Assembly: GCF_006345805.1 (NCBI RefSeq) | Contig: NC_042997.1 | Span: 108,996,001 to 109,060,000 of the forward strand | Direction of reading: 5' to 3' | Length of the DNA stretch: 64,000 nt | Origin: Octopus sinensis | Taxonomy: Eukaryota | Shown: piece after piece, positions 24,939-39,500 of the stretch | Layout: the number at the start of each line of letters is the position of its first letter | Position numbering within the stretch: position 1 is the first letter of the stretch | Notes under the pieces: generated by a model | Told to the model about the DNA's origin: nothing | Databases searched by the model: none | The model's input: the letters and a program-made list of their open reading frames with translations, nothing else | Translations under genes and position numbers: made by a program

Positions 24939-26238
24939 TGAATATATAAACACGCAAGTATGTGCAAAGATAGACGAAAGAGCGAAAGGGAGAGAGAAAA
25001 TGATGAGGGAAAGGTTCGGTGAAGACTGGTCTGCTATGTTTTATATTGTGTCCTTTGAGAAAGTCACCAGTTTCATGATTTCATTTCAATTTTCGATGCG
25101 GATTTGGATTTTTCATCATCAACATCGCCTGGAAGTTACTGTTTCGAATCCTAGGACTTACAGTGCAAGTTACATGGTTCTATTAAAATCACAACATTCG
25201 CCACCAAACGAGACGCCAGTCCGTCGCAGGATTACTTATCTGTCAACTCAAAGCATGGTCCAGGAATCGAATCCTCTATTTTCGGGTGGTAAAAAGATAT
25301 TCTCCAACCACAAGGCCGCGCACCTTTTAATCGAGAAAATAAAGAAATTCCTCCATGTTTGTTATTTTTGTCGTTCGCATTACACCTCTTCCCGCCCCTC
25401 ATTGCCTCGACTACTTTTTACCAATGTTCTTAATGGCTTGTTAAACAACATTAACGAAACATTGTAAATTTATTTCCTACTCTAAAAGTCTACGAGTTAA
25501 GTAGTTCTTCATCTTTATTGTATTTCAAGAATTCGCTTCCTAAGAATTGACATGTTGAACCGAAGAATGTTTGGTCGCAGTCCAAATTATCGTTTAAAAC
25601 CAATCAGCAAATAGTGGAATTTTGTATCTTAACAGATGGATTAAGATTACTGCAAGATTATAGATTAACATTCTAATTGATAACGACAGTTTGTTGGCGC
25701 AAAACTTAGTTTACATCTGAAAGAAAAACAAGCGATGATATGAACATGGCGAAGTAAAATTGACTTTTTTTGCTACGATATTCTCCAAAAGTGGGATAAA
25801 AATTTGAAGAGTTTCTAATTAATTTTCTTCGAAATGAAAGGTTTGCCATTTAGGTAAATAGCAACTGTGTGTGTTGTGAGTATGTCTGCGTTTCTCATAT
25901 CAACGATGGCAAATTATGTTTTTTACCACATCTCATGTGCATATGTAAGTTTATTTTCACAAAGAATATATACATTTTTTAGCAAACATCTCTCCCTCAT
26001 ATATACCCTCATATACATATATCAATATAGTCAACTTGTATAGCAGCGTTAATATATAGCCTTCGCTCTCTGAAAACCTTCTTCCTTTCTTCGTCTTCCC
26101 TCTCGCCGTTTCGTTCTTTCCTATATATTTGTACAACACCACACACACACACATTATACTTTGACAATAAGTATTAAACTTGTACGTATTAGTCTTTACC
26201 AAATGTATTGCGTGATATTTCAGTTTAATTGTTTTCAT

Positions 26239-26520
26239 TATCACTGTATCACAGTATCGAGAAGACTATCGGATGTTGCTATACAACGCTGATCACAATG
26301 CGCTTGGCATCGTTTTAGCTTTGGAATGATATCAATCTGCTGGCCAGGCTAGTTGACCATGTTTCTATTATTACCCGACATCAGAAAGCAGATACGATCT
26401 CCATCCCAATTTCCGAACTTCTAAATCTCCACCGCACAACCACCTTCTCGACCAAGTCAAGAAGGACATCCTAAATACACCCGGTTCGTTTCCTCCGTAT
26501 CCTCCCCACCCACAAATTCA
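26239..26520 (-). mobile_element. RTE-like LINE 3' end (tail shared with SINEs at 27.1 and 33.8 kb)
   Basis: Minus strand gives a decayed GRIRRKR...DV C-terminal-like motif followed by GCTAAAACGATGCCAAGCGCATTGTGATCAGCG... Confidence 0.45.
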
Positions 26521-26648
26521 TAACCTCGATTACTTACTCTTTGTCTTTTTCCACGGATATTTTTTTTATGTAAGCATACAGATACAACTCAGTTTATTTC
26601 TTTTCATTATTCATTTCTACAACATCCTGGTTTCCCTTTCTCACCCAC

Positions 26649-26679
<31 letters not shown>

Positions 26680-27099
26680 CATTCTCTCCTTTCTCTCTTT
26701 CTCAAACTGTCTCTCTTTCTCGTTCCATTCTTTCTCCCTTTCTGTACATATTCATCTTCCTAACCTAGTCACTGATTTACTGCTCTGATCTTAATTAATG
26801 AAATATTTCCATCAACTGGTTCATAGTTTGAAATGTTTCAACTGTGGAAGGTCATACGTAATGGATGCATTCCCTATTGTATATTACGCAGACCTGAAAC
26901 GTGCATTCTAAATGATATCAAAATATCACTATTTGGCTTGACTTCATTGTTATAACACTTACGACCCGATGCAAGTACAAATTAGTCGCTCCAACTGTCG
27001 CTTACACAGGTACTCTAACAGCAATTTTGAGCCGTTTATTATATTTAACTCGAGTCGAAAATTCTGGTACCCTACACCGCTTCTTAGAGTAACAAGAAA

Positions 27100-27400
27100 G
27101 GCCCAGTGGTTAGGGAAGCGGACTTGCGGTTGTAGGATCGCGGTTTCGATACCTAGACCGGTCGTTGTGAGTGTTTTTTGAGCGAAAACACCTAAAAGCT
27201 CCACGAGGCTCCGGCAGGGGGTGCTGGCGGTCCCTGTTGTACTCTTACGCCACAACTTTCTCTCACTCTTTCTTCCGTTGGCCTCCTCGCTTAGCCAGCG
27301 GGGTGGCATCATCTGAAGGCTAAAACAATGCGAAGCGCATTGTGACCAGCGGTGTGTAGCAACATTTGATAGCCTGGTCGGTCACGGTGATCACGGTGAT
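27100..27400 (+). mobile_element. SINE with family C head and RTE-like tail (type D)
   Basis: tRNA-like GGCCCAGTGGTTAGG...GGTTTCGATACC; shares sequence with family C up to CACAACTTTCTCTCACTCTTT, then switches to the tail GCTAAAACAATGCGAAGCGCATTGTGACC...TCACGGTGAT. Confidence 0.8.
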
Positions 27401-27407
27401 ATATATA

Positions 27408-27480
<73 letters not shown>

Positions 27481-27490
27481 CATATATATG

Positions 27491-27963
27491 TTTTCTTTTA
27501 TCTTTTATTAGTTTCAGTCATTAAACCGCGGCCATGCTGGGGCACCGCTTTGAAAAATTTAGTTGAATACATCGACCCCATTACTTATTTTGTTTTAAAC
27601 CTGATACTTATTCAATCGTTCTACTTTACCGAACCTCTAAGTCACAGGGACGTAAACATACCAACACCGATTGTCAGTCGGTTGTGACTGACAAACACAG
27701 ACACGAACACATACACACAAACACACATACAGACACTGACACATCAACAGAGAGAGAGAGGGAGAGAGGACACACACAAACACACACACACACACAAGCA
27801 CATATTTATGCGACAGACTTCTTTCAGTTTCCGTCTATCAAATTCACCCACAAGGCTCTGATCAGCCCGAGGCTATAGTAGAAGACATCTGCCCAGAATG
27901 TCACACGGTGGGACTGAACCCGGAACCATTTGGTTGGGAAGCACACTTCTTGCCACACAACCC
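27491..27963 (-). mobile_element. SINE family B, full length
   Basis: Complete reverse-complement copy with an internal CA/GA tract. Confidence 0.85.
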
Positions 27964-30900
27964 CGCAACTTTGTTAGTTTCGGTTGGTATAAATTATCAA
28001 ACCAACGTATAATTTCTTTTCGTTAGTGTAGCACGAGGTGTTGACCGTAGATTGGAAAATATTAAAATAACTGTCACATTTGATTGATAAATAAAAAAAT
28101 AAATATGAATAATCATGATGGGAAATTTCTCAGACACACCATCTGCGAGAAAAACAATAGTTAAGTCACACATTTAGCGCCGTGATTTACAGCATATGTC
28201 TACTGTGATGTTTATTGTATTACCCGTTGACATGCATTTAACTATTACTAATCAAACTAGTTAAATGATTCCATAACGCAATCCACACGCTTAAACCTAA
28301 TCACAACACGACTGTTAATTAAGCATCATGTTTATTTTCAAATCAACTTTTAATATTCTCTTCTACGCCTGTTAATCAGGAAGAGAAGAGCTGTGTGTAT
28401 GCATAAACGGGACTAGAAGACGCCAGAGAATAATTAAAATGGCGTTGCCTGAGTTGTGAAATAAATATTGATAGAACATCGATGGAGAATTAGCGTTTTG
28501 TGGGACGACAGAGGTTGGGAAATGGATGCTTTGGTTAAATAAAATAAATCGTCGCCGTCATCGTTTGTGGCGGTGCTTTTTTTTTTTGGTTTTTTAGTTG
28601 ATGATGTTTTCAATGTTTCAAGGTTTAATTGGGGTGGAGAAAAAGTTACAAGTTCGATCCCCACAGTTCTGGATCATCAAAGAACATGCTATACCTGCCT
28701 TGTGATTATGGGAGACCTGACTAATTGCAGAAATATTCCGGTATAGCGTTGTGCCACAGTTCACCTAGGCACACCTTGGCACACCTTGGCACCTTTTCTC
28801 AGTGAGAGAGGAATGGTGACATAGCCATCGGTGGTATTTGAACTTAGACCGCGTCATTGTAAAAAATACTTCATGATATCCTGTCTGAAATTCTATGAAT
28901 TCCGCCTCGTATATTCTTCGTTTATTGCCCTCGAAAGAATGAAATACAAAGTTGATCTCTGTAGAACTTGAGCTCAGAGTGTGGCGAACCGAAACAAATA
29001 CTGCAATCAAACACAGTATTCAATATTGCAACGAACGTGACGATTGTCCGCGTTCAGTAACACATAATAAACGATAACATCCGGTTTAACAAAGAATGTG
29101 ATGGCGGTTTTGTTGAAATATCGCGTTACTAGTAGAACTTTATCCTCATGTAGGTCTACAACAGGTAACACAGTGAGGTGTAGGAAAAGATCCTTATCTA
29201 TTAAACGTGTCTTCTTATGGGGATTTTATTACTATCATACGCTCCTCATTCAAATAAGAACCTTTTATTTTATTCTGTAATTGTACTGTGAGCAATGGCA
29301 CCCATACTGGAGCATTACAGTTGATAATATCGCCTCCAATATTTATCTTGTTTAGCTTGGAAGTATGAAAAAGCATCTCGAACCTGGAAAATATTTCAGT
29401 CGAGAACTTAATGGATACCACGAAATAATATTGTTTTTCCCGCTGCTCCACCAATTCTTTTATTCATCCGCTTCTGTTTTGATAAAGAGTGAAGAAAATG
29501 TGAAATAAGTAAAAATATTTCAATAAGTAGTGTTATATGAGGAATGCTTGATTGTTTGCTATATAATATATTTATATATACATCTAATGCAAAGTTTTCC
29601 TCAAATTGTGCAACAATCAACCACTTTTTAGAACTTCATATATATATATAATATATATCCCCTTTCGGGTATTGTAAATGTACGGGGTCGTTCTCTTTCT
29701 TAACGATGGGGTATTTTGTCAACATCTGCCAATCTAATGACATTACATTTAAAAGTTACAATTCTCTGACGATTGGAGAAAAAGTCTTCATCAAGTAATT
29801 TGCATTATGTATCTAATGATCCCCTTATGTTAATGAAAGGTACGTAAAATGGTGAAACTAGATGTATTATGAACAATCTCTCATCGTTTGTCTTTTTATT
29901 GGATATAGAAATATTTCTAGTGCTTATACTGGACACATAACTGTCTCTATGAAGGACAGTGTTAAATACCACTGTATTTATATTGTGCTATGCTTTTACT
30001 AACTTCTAAACCGATCTTGTCATTGGCATTTTAATTATATGTGCATTTTTAATTATATGTAAATCAAACTGAACTCCAGAGGAATTGAACCTAAAAAGAA
30101 AAGAAAAACATTTTAATGTATTTAGTGCGGTGCCTCTTTCACCATTTCCATTGCTATTGTGTGTCTGTGTAATGGAATTCTGAGTCTTATGCCAAACAAA
30201 TAAATGCGACATATTCATTAAATGTAGAAATTCATTGCTTATTCCAAAAGTCATATTTTACAAATGAGGAAGCGTCTGGTGTGAACAAAGAAACAACTAG
30301 TAAAGGGGTCGATAACAGATTTAATGAGATGTTGAGCCAAACAATTGTCTATTAAGTATCATTACACCAATAGTTAGAGGAACCTAGTATCTTAAATCTG
30401 GCGAAGAAAAGCAAGAAAGACAAATTCAACGTTTAAATTCATTTGAGATAACTAACAACTTATTGTAGTGGAGAATAAGGGTGGTGACGAATCTGGAGAT
30501 GTTTCAGTCTAATTAAACCTCATTAGTAAATTACACCTTAAACTGCACCACCCTTAGAAAACCTAAACAGTAATAAAAGATTTCAACGAATGAACACTGA
30601 CTTGTGTCATAGTTGAAAGAAGTGGTTGTGGTGGAGATATAAGTTAATTATCCTACATTTCCTTGGTAACATTAATAAATAAACTACTCATGTAAATCTC
30701 AATTAGTCGATGTACTTAATTACTTTCAGAGTTAGAAATATAAGCAAGTGGATTAGTAGATTAATGAAATGTAAGTATTTACAAGGATTTTCAAGTACTG
30801 AAGTAGCTACAGGATTGATTCATGGCCTAATATCTAGCTTGTGTTACATTATTCACAGAGAAACAAAAAGAAAAAGAAAAGAGAAAAAAAAAAGAATAGA

Positions 30901-31094
30901 AAGCCGATGATTAAGTTTTAAGGATTTCGTCATGATTAAAAAAAACATTAATTACAAAATATATTTCCAAAGAAACGAAAAACATCCAGAGGAGAGACTC
31001 TCCTGGCTATCGAATTACCTGCGGTGCACGAGAGTATATCAGGTGATATTTCATTCACAAGGTACCAGCGACATACATCATTCCATGTATACAT

Positions 31095-31155
<61 letters not shown>

Positions 31156-31199
31156 TATGAAAGAATGGAGTTGAACGACGAATTAACAAAATTCCTTTA

Positions 31200-31282
31200 T
31201 TTTCGACATATGTTTCGAAGGCTGCATATTCCTAATTGCGAAGGAATAAGGAGTATGTTATGCCGCTTTCTCATTAGGAAAA
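31200..31282 (-). ncRNA. Decayed type I hammerhead motif (G5A core mutation)
   Basis: UUUUC-CUAAUGA-partly decayed long stem II-GAAA-CAUAU-GUC-GAAAA; palindrome ACAUAUGU. Confidence 0.65.
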
Positions 31283-31956
31283 GCAAGGAACTTATGTCAA
31301 AAAACTTTTAGATGACTGCTCACACGGAGCCCATAGTGATCACTATATAGCCCAATATATTTTCACACATCTTGCCATTGAAGAGAAAATTTTCCCGGAA
31401 CTGTTTCCCCGTGAAAGCTCTTCCACATTCAAATGTACACCTACGTGTCAAACATCATTGCATACGCATGTACATGCCGTATAAAATTTCATTTGTCTGG
31501 TTAGTTAAGAATGAAATGAATTCGTATTTTTGTTACACAAAACTGTATCAGAGGTGCTACAGTTAACTGTGTAACAACAAATGCAACACCCATTCCTAAT
31601 AATTTCACTATGGTAACCAATCCTCATTTAAATCCTCTTAACCATGAGTGGTGAAGAACGTTGTGTTTGTATCCTGTCTGTCAATTACTAAGACGCCCGT
31701 TATATGCGTAGAATTCTGTAGGATATCAATCTGTCTACTAATAGTGTAGTGACAACTATGTTCCGGTCTAATTAGACTTCATCGGCGAAAGTGAAACGGT
31801 AATTGCTGTGACAAAGTTTAACCCTGACTAGTTGTTGTTAGTTGTATTCAAAATTAGGTTTTACTAAAAATGTTTGGAAATGAGTGGAGAGTAAGTTTCT
31901 AGGCGAGAAGCAAAATGAGAGTGAGCATTAGAGAGAAGCTGATTAATTATTCACAC

Positions 31957-32078
31957 CATTATTTATATTTGACGGATATTTGTCCTCATCGTATTTGTTG
32001 TTAGACACCTGATGACGGCTGGAAGGTATATATAACAGCAAACAAGATAGGACAAATATCCATCAAATGTAAATAATG
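31957..32078. repeat. Palindromic element (~46-bp arms) around a deleted hammerhead core
   Basis: CATTATTTATATTTGACGGATATTTGTCCT.../...AGGACAAATATCCATCAAATGTAAATAATG; the spacer has CTGATGA (32009-32015) but lacks GAAA. Confidence 0.7.
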
Positions 32079-33010
32079 TAAATAAGGTACATAATTCCTC
32101 ATCTCCTAAATATAGAACTGTAATTATTCACTCGTTCTGTTAGCGTACTTCAGCATCAGGCACATTAGATACATAAACAGCGTCATAAATGTGTGTCGAG
32201 AAATTGTCTACCAATTATTAAACGCTACTCACATATTTTTCGATTTAGTTTATCCAACTCTTTCGGCATTTGATGACTTTTACACTACGTCTGATTTATT
32301 TCAGAGTTTCCATAGACATCTCGGCAGTTCAGCCATTTGCTACTGTAACTGAAATCTGTTTGAAAACAATAAAGTATATACTTTTCAATGACGTATAATT
32401 GTGTGGAATCTATGCAATACTAACATTTTTATGACAAAATAACTTCATATTATCAGATGGGTCAGCATTAACTTCCGGAAATACAATATAAACAAAGAAA
32501 GTTACATCCCCCCCAAAACGAACGTAAAAAATGCTACTTCCGTTTCTTATCTTTGACGGAAGTTCACTGATCTGTATATCTGTTCCAAATTTGGTATTTT
32601 ATATCTATTTTTAGGTTACTAAACCAATTGTAGAATTTGGTGGTTTGAAATTCCTCATATTGTAAACAGCCACTGAAGAAATATTTTGACAGCCAAGCAG
32701 CTGTCGGAATATTCCAACCAATAATATCTGATTTAAAATCAATCTGATGCCAAACCATTTAAAATCCAGTTATTAAAATGACTATTATTCCTAAAATTGC
32801 CTTCATGCCAATTTACAGAGTTGATGCAAAGCGCAATGGAATTGGTGTCTCTTCAACAGATATTGTTTTCCTTCCATAGTCAAGTATTTTATTTGCCTGA
32901 TTGATGGTCTTCTGCAGGTGTTCGGATTTTTATCACAGAAACGCTTCCAACAATGAAATCTAAATTAGGTTTTAAACTTTGATATATTCCGAATACTTCA
33001 TATTCCTTAT

Positions 33011-33146
33011 TTCTTCTTCTTCTTCTTCTTCTTCTTCTTCTTCTTCTTCTTCTTCTTCTTCTTCTTCTTCTTCTTCTTCTTCTTCTTCTTCTTCTTCTTC
33101 TTCTTCTTCTTCTTCTTCTTCTTCTTCTTCTTCTTCTTCTTCTTCC
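33011..33146. repeat. Pure (TCT)n microsatellite
   Basis: Direct inspection. Confidence 0.95.
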
Positions 33147-33454
33147 TCAACAACACATCTCCTTCAGCTTACCTTATAAACACCGTACTATCTCACCGAA
33201 CCCGTTTCTACCGGGTTCCATATTCTACCAATTACACACATATTGTACGGCTCTGCCTAAATCAGCTGTTTTTATTGTTATATTCAATAATAGGGAAGAG
33301 GAGAGCAATTTCACATGCTATTCATTATATATTTCAGTTGGTCTTACATTCCACCCACACTCACACACTTTTATGTGTATATGCATGTATATTTCTTTTT
33401 TTCTTTCTTTCTTTCTATGTATCTTCTATCTAATTCCCCTCCCACCCTCCCTCC

Positions 33455-33540
<86 letters not shown>

Positions 33541-33711
33541 GTCTGACTAGACTTACATATTTTTCTCTCTCTTTCTCTCCCTCTCACTACTTCTCTCTCT
33601 ACTTCTTTATGTATTTATGAATATCCCGTGTATGTGTAAATATATATATTTATGTATCTCTCATCCCTCCTCTTTCTCTCTCTATATATGCACATACGCG
33701 TGCGTGGTCTA

Positions 33712-33744
<33 letters not shown>

Positions 33745-33748
<4 letters not shown>

Positions 33749-33953
33749 CGCGTTGTGGTCTTGAGCAAAGTACTTTATTTCACATTATTTCAGTCCACTC
33801 GGCTGTAAATATGTGACTCCGCAACTGACTAGCCCCACGTTCATCTGTTCGCTCAGCCAGTGAGATGGCATCCAACAAAAGCTAAAACTATGCAAAGTGA
33901 ATAGTGACAAGCGATGTGTAACGAAACTCGATAATCTGATCCATCACGTGATA
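33745..33953 (+). mobile_element. Old SINE with a different head and the RTE-like type D tail
   Basis: GAGCAAAGTACTTTATTTCAC...CAGTCCACTCGGCTGTAAAT then GCTAAAACTATGCAAAGTGAATAGTGACAAGCGATGTGTAAC...TCACGTGAT. Confidence 0.55.
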
Positions 33954-35048
33954 TTGTACACGTGCCATACATACTTATCATACTTATTGCACACCTATTA
34001 CAGACCTGTTGCAGCCGTTTTATTCTCTATTTTGTTGCTAACAATGATATCATCACCACTACTGTCGCCGCCACCACCACCACCACCACGATCTTAGTAG
34101 CCATGGTTTTCTTCAGCCAGGCCCCAAAGCATTATATGCTCGTTGCAAAAGAACTGGGAAGTGGTGAGTTTCATGCATTTCTCTTGAACATTAGCAGCAA
34201 GGGTGTATGGGATATGTTCAGTTATTATTCCCTTCCATTTTTGTGGTCTTACTTCGTTGCTATTCATTTCTCCTGCCTTGAAGGCAGTCAACAACTTACC
34301 TATGAATATTAAATGAGGACTACGTACAAAGAATGTATTTATATTATTTATAGTGTGTGTGTGTGTGTGTGTGTGTGTGCTAGACATGTGATGTGTTTCT
34401 GAATCGAAACTACATGTGAATGTAGAGACAATGTCATCGTGTCAAAACGATGGAGGGTGAAAGGAAATATCGAGAGGTAGGGAAGACACGGGGAGACAAT
34501 CCTGTCATTCGCCTATTGTGTTGATGAAGAGCAATTGAAAAGATTTGCTTTCCCTATTTACATTCTTTTTTTTTCTTTTACTTTTCTTCTTTCTTTGTTT
34601 CTTTTCTTTTTCATTATTTTATTTCTTTCGTTCTCTCTGTATGTATAATGCAAATATAAATCAATTGTACATGCATGTTATATTTGTGTGTGTGTGTATA
34701 ATTCAGTGTATGCATCCATACATGCACATATGCACACACACACATATATATGTATATATATATATATACACACACATACGTTCATACATATATACATATA
34801 TATGTATATATTTACACACACACATATATATATATATATATATGAATGTATGTATACATGTATGTGTAAACATTTATATTTATACATACACTCTCTCTCG
34901 CGCGCACACACAGAAATATATACAAATACTTGAATGTATGTATACATATATGTGTGAGTGTGTCAGTGCACACGCTTATATTTATGTATATAAGCGTGTG
35001 TACGTATGTTTATGTATATCTGTATGTACGTACATGCATACATTTTTT

Positions 35049-35133
<85 letters not shown>

Positions 35134-35140
35134 ATATATA

Positions 35141-35217
<77 letters not shown>

Positions 35218-35236
35218 ATCTATATACATGCATATA

Positions 35237-35280
<44 letters not shown>

Positions 35281-36512
35281 CATCCAAATATATACGTAAT
35301 GTAATATATGTAAGTATTTATTTACAACAGAAATATATCTTCCTTTCATTGTGTGTTTGAATAAAAATATATAAGTATGTAGATATAATTATATACATGC
35401 GTACGTGTCTCTATATTTTACTTCGAACGCCTGCTTTATTTGCATAGCTTCTTATTTCAGTTGCATCTTTACAACTCTTTGCCTAGTTCGCTCTTTGAAA
35501 CTTGTTAGATTACTTATCGGATAAGTACAGATAAATCTAGCAATATGGCTGCTAGTTGCATAGTTAATCATTCAAGCGTTATGACCGTTAAGACATTTAA
35601 GGCAAATCTTTTCTTTCTAACTCATTCATATAATCAATCTACTGAATAGAAACTAATTCGTCGATATCTTTGTATTGTGAAATGTTATTAATTCGATCAG
35701 ATAATTTTATTTTCTGATCCGATAAACAGAGTTTAGTGCAATAATAAGGACTCTTCGCTGTAGATTATCTTCTCTCACACATTTCTTTCATCTAGTTTGG
35801 TTGGTTGGTGTCTTGAAGAAATGTCAGTTGGCGCTGAGCTAAATACTTCATATACATAATTAGCGTTATAGATGTTCGAATTTTCTTCCATTATCTATAA
35901 TGGTCTTCTATAATTGCAGATAATAGAAAGAGGTGTAGATATGGCGAATAACTTCAAAACCGTTTGTTTGATGTAGTTGTTCGCTGAAGCTGCAAATTGC
36001 CAGAGACGTGAGTGGGCCATAAGACACAAAAATGGACATTTACTTCTTTCTTCAAATACAAGTTAAAGACAAGTTAATTCCTTAATATATACATGCCTAT
36101 ATTGACTGTAATGGTATCCGGAAAATACACATATGTACGTGAATATACATACATACATTCATATAGACATACATATATATATTTATGTACATTTATATAC
36201 ATATGCAAACGAGTATACATATATACATACAGACACGTGTGCACGAATAAACACGCACACACACACGCGACCATACACATACCACACAAACTCACACACA
36301 ATAACATACACACACATATCGATAAACCACGTGTGCAAGAACAAAAGACGCAGATCTCAATAACGTTGGAAATAGAAAATCGATTTCTTAAATGACACAA
36401 ATGTTCAGACTTGATTGTAATACTTTAGATCTTTCGGGTTTGATAGGACCTACGATATATATCAATGGACAGGTTGCTCCAGAATAGGGACAAGTGTGTA
36501 TATGAATGTGTG

Positions 36513-36546
<34 letters not shown>

Positions 36547-36558
36547 ATATTATATATA

Positions 36559-36615
<57 letters not shown>

Positions 36616-36673
36616 CACACACACACACATATATATACACACACATACAAATATATGTGCGTATGTGTCCATA

Positions 36674-36888
36674 CGAGGGGTGCTGAAATGTTCCTGGTTT
36701 TGGATAAACCAAAACACCGGAGGATCAGTTAATTATAATTTATACAACATATTTCCGCCTCAGATTCATATACTTACCGCAGTGATCCTTCAGTTTTTCT
36801 AAGCCCTGCAAAAGAACTCGGCAGGTTAGGCCTCCAGCCAGCCCTTTCGCGAGACCTTCAAAGCAACGAACTTTTCAGCACCCACTCG
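36674..36888. mobile_element. mariner-derived MITE (215 bp)
   Basis: TIRs CGAGGGGTGCTGAAATGTTC and GAACTTTTCAGCACCCACTCG, with TA on both sides. Confidence 0.85.
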
Positions 36889-37159
36889 TACATACATACA
36901 CACACGCACACATACATACCTACCTACCTACATACATACATACATACATACATACATACATACCTACATACATACCTACATACATACATACATACATGCA
37001 TACATACATACATACATACACACATACATACATATACACATTCATGCATGCATACCTACATACATACACACATACGTACATACATACACACACACATACA
37101 TAGATACTTACATACATACATAATACATATTTGCATATATGTATCATTTATCGTTTATC

Positions 37160-37352
37160 TTTTATTTGTTTTGGCCATTCGACTGCGGCCATGCTGGGGC
37201 ACTCTTCTGAGGAATTTTATTCGAACGAAACTACCCCAAGACTGAACTGTTAAAACCTGGTACTCATACTATCGGTCACTTTTGTCGAATCACTAATTAG
37301 AAGGACGTAAACACACCAACACCGTTTGTCAAATGGTACTGTGGGACAAACA
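37160..37352 (-). mobile_element. SINE family B tail fragment
   Basis: GACTGCGGCCATGCTGGGGCAC...GGACGTAAACACACCAACACCG. Confidence 0.7.
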
Positions 37353-37398
37353 GACGCATGAACATACACATAAAATAGTATATGATATAATATATATA

Positions 37399-38655
37399 TT
37401 GGTTCATCCCATAAGTAATGTTTTTTTATACTTCTTTTATTTTCAAAATTAAGATAAACAAACTTCTTTTTTTAACCTAAAATATACTCTCCTTCATTTT
37501 CTACAATGCTATTCAATCTATCTGGTAGACTTGCAAGGCTCCTCTTCCAAGATACACTTATCCGTGACGAAAAATACTCCTCCAGTACTGTTCTCACCTC
37601 GTCTACAGAATTCAGATTTTTTCCATCCAAATGAATTTTGAAGACTGCGGAATGAATGATAATCAGATGGGGCACTGTCCGGCGAATATGGTGGGTGGGA
37701 CATCACTTCCCATTCAAACTCTGCCAGCCTTTGGAATATCATCCTCGGTGTATGTGGCTGATGGAAGAATACCTTTCGTCTTGAAACCAAAGATGCTCGT
37801 TTTTCTTCTAACATTGACTTAAGTAGCTCACATTAGATCTGTTTTGTTATCGTTTGGCTTGGGTTTAAAAGTACAAAGTGGACTAAACTTTCATATCCCA
37901 CCAAACAGATAACAACACTTTACGTGGGTGTAGACTTTCTTTAGCCTGGGACACCGGCGTTTCTCCTTTCCCAACCCATTGACTTTGGCGCTTGACATTT
38001 TTATAGCGAACCAATTTCTCATCACCAGTCACTAATCGGTCCAAAAAAAAGTTCATTCGTGAGACGAAACAGCAAAGAACAGTACACGGTCACTCTCTGC
38101 GCGCGACTAGACTCAGAAAGTTCGTGAGGAATTCATTGGTCCAATTTGATGACTTTTCTGATTGCACACAGGTGTTGATGAATGGTGGAATGATCAAATC
38201 CAAGCTTCCCTGCTAGTTCCTCAACTGTTAGAACGGGATTTTGCTCCACCAGGGTTTGCAGGAACTCTCGTCGAGCTCTACAGATCTTCCAGGATGAGGC
38301 TCATCTTCTACGCTGTAGTTTTCAGCTCGGAATTTCTAGAACCACCGTTGACACTGGCTTACGCTTGTTGTTCGATCCCCATATACCGCTTTAACTCTCA
38401 CTTTCCGATGCGTTGTTGCCTTTATTGAACTCATGAACCAAAATACGCTGAATATGCTCCTTCGTCACTTCCATCATACCTTTGAAAAAAAAACTTAAAA
38501 TCGAACTGCACTCTTCAAAACTTGCACTAAGAATAAGTACGCGGTAAAATTATTACTTACTTTTATAGTAAGTTGATGCAGGTAGTTTATGCTGTTCCCT
38601 TCCGACTTTTAGTTCATGCAACTGAAAAAATCGCATTATTTATGGGATGACCCAA
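37399..38655 (-). mobile_element. Full-length mariner DNA transposon (1257 bp), defective
   Basis: TIRs TTGGTTCATCCCATAAGTAATG and CATTATTTATGGGATGACCCAA, TA flanks on both sides, internal transposase remnant. Confidence 0.95.
37472..38477 (-). pseudogene. mariner (DD34D-type) transposase pseudogene
   Basis: MMEVTKEHIQRIL..., CQRWF*KFR, *IPHEL, VTGDEK, VWWD, HPPYSPDSAPSDY; DNARP segment deleted; several stops and frameshifts. Confidence 0.95.
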
Positions 38656-39399
38656 TATATAAGGCGAGCTTCTTTCAGTTTCTCTCAGCTAGAATCGAAT
38701 AAAAATGCTATGTAATAAAATCTTTGAATGCAAGAATCTTGGTGTAAAAGAAATATGTTATGAAAACAACTGATGTGACGCATTCTCCGAGAGACAAAAG
38801 CCAATTTCTGTGAGAAACGATGAAACAGAAAACTTTTGAAGAAAGAAATATTTTATCAGCCCGATGATATTTAAAACCATAATGGTGACGATTCCCAAAG
38901 CGACAATATTTAGGTGGATATTTGAAGAACTTATTGTTCGTTAATCCATATTTAGATGTCAAAAGAAACAATGGATTACCAAATACGTTGTCGATAATTC
39001 AGAACTTTCATAATCACTAGTTTATTTGAGGTTTTCAGTTTATTTTCGTTTATTAAACAAATGGAAAGTTAATCGTTCGAAGGAAAGGACTGATTCCTCT
39101 GAGAATGATTTCTTGTGAGAGTTTGGTTACATTTGTAGAATACCACAAACATAAAGTGTAAAGCCTTTTGCAAACGACATCATGCAAAACCGAGAACCAG
39201 ATATGTTCTTTGATCTCCGATTGTCATGGGACTTAACAAGTTTTTCTACAAATCTTTATTTTATAAAACTGAAAGAATTATTAATAATTCTTACAATTCG
39301 CTAAAAATATTAACGAATTTTAAGAACGGAATTAAAGTATTGATGTTTAACGTTGGCATAAGACCAGATCTGTAGAAGAAAGAAGTGTAATCGATTAAA

Positions 39400-39500
39400 T
39401 ATCAGTATATTGATTTTAATGTTATCGATTTCGACTGGATGAAAAGTAAAGTAATCCCCGGTGGTATTTGAACTCAGAAGGTAAGGCAACGCAACTTATA
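39400..39500 (-). mobile_element. SINE family A, old fragment
   Basis: GGATGAAAAGTAAAGT...GGTATTTGAACTCAGAAGGTAA. Confidence 0.55.

Noticed and set aside
25000-25467. 155-aa non-repetitive-looking ORF
   Set aside because: Runs antisense through a decayed tRNA-SINE (25180-25325); no domain or splice support
32460-32565. Cluster of ACTTCCG (ETS-like) motifs
   Set aside because: Short motifs with no supporting promoter or CpG context
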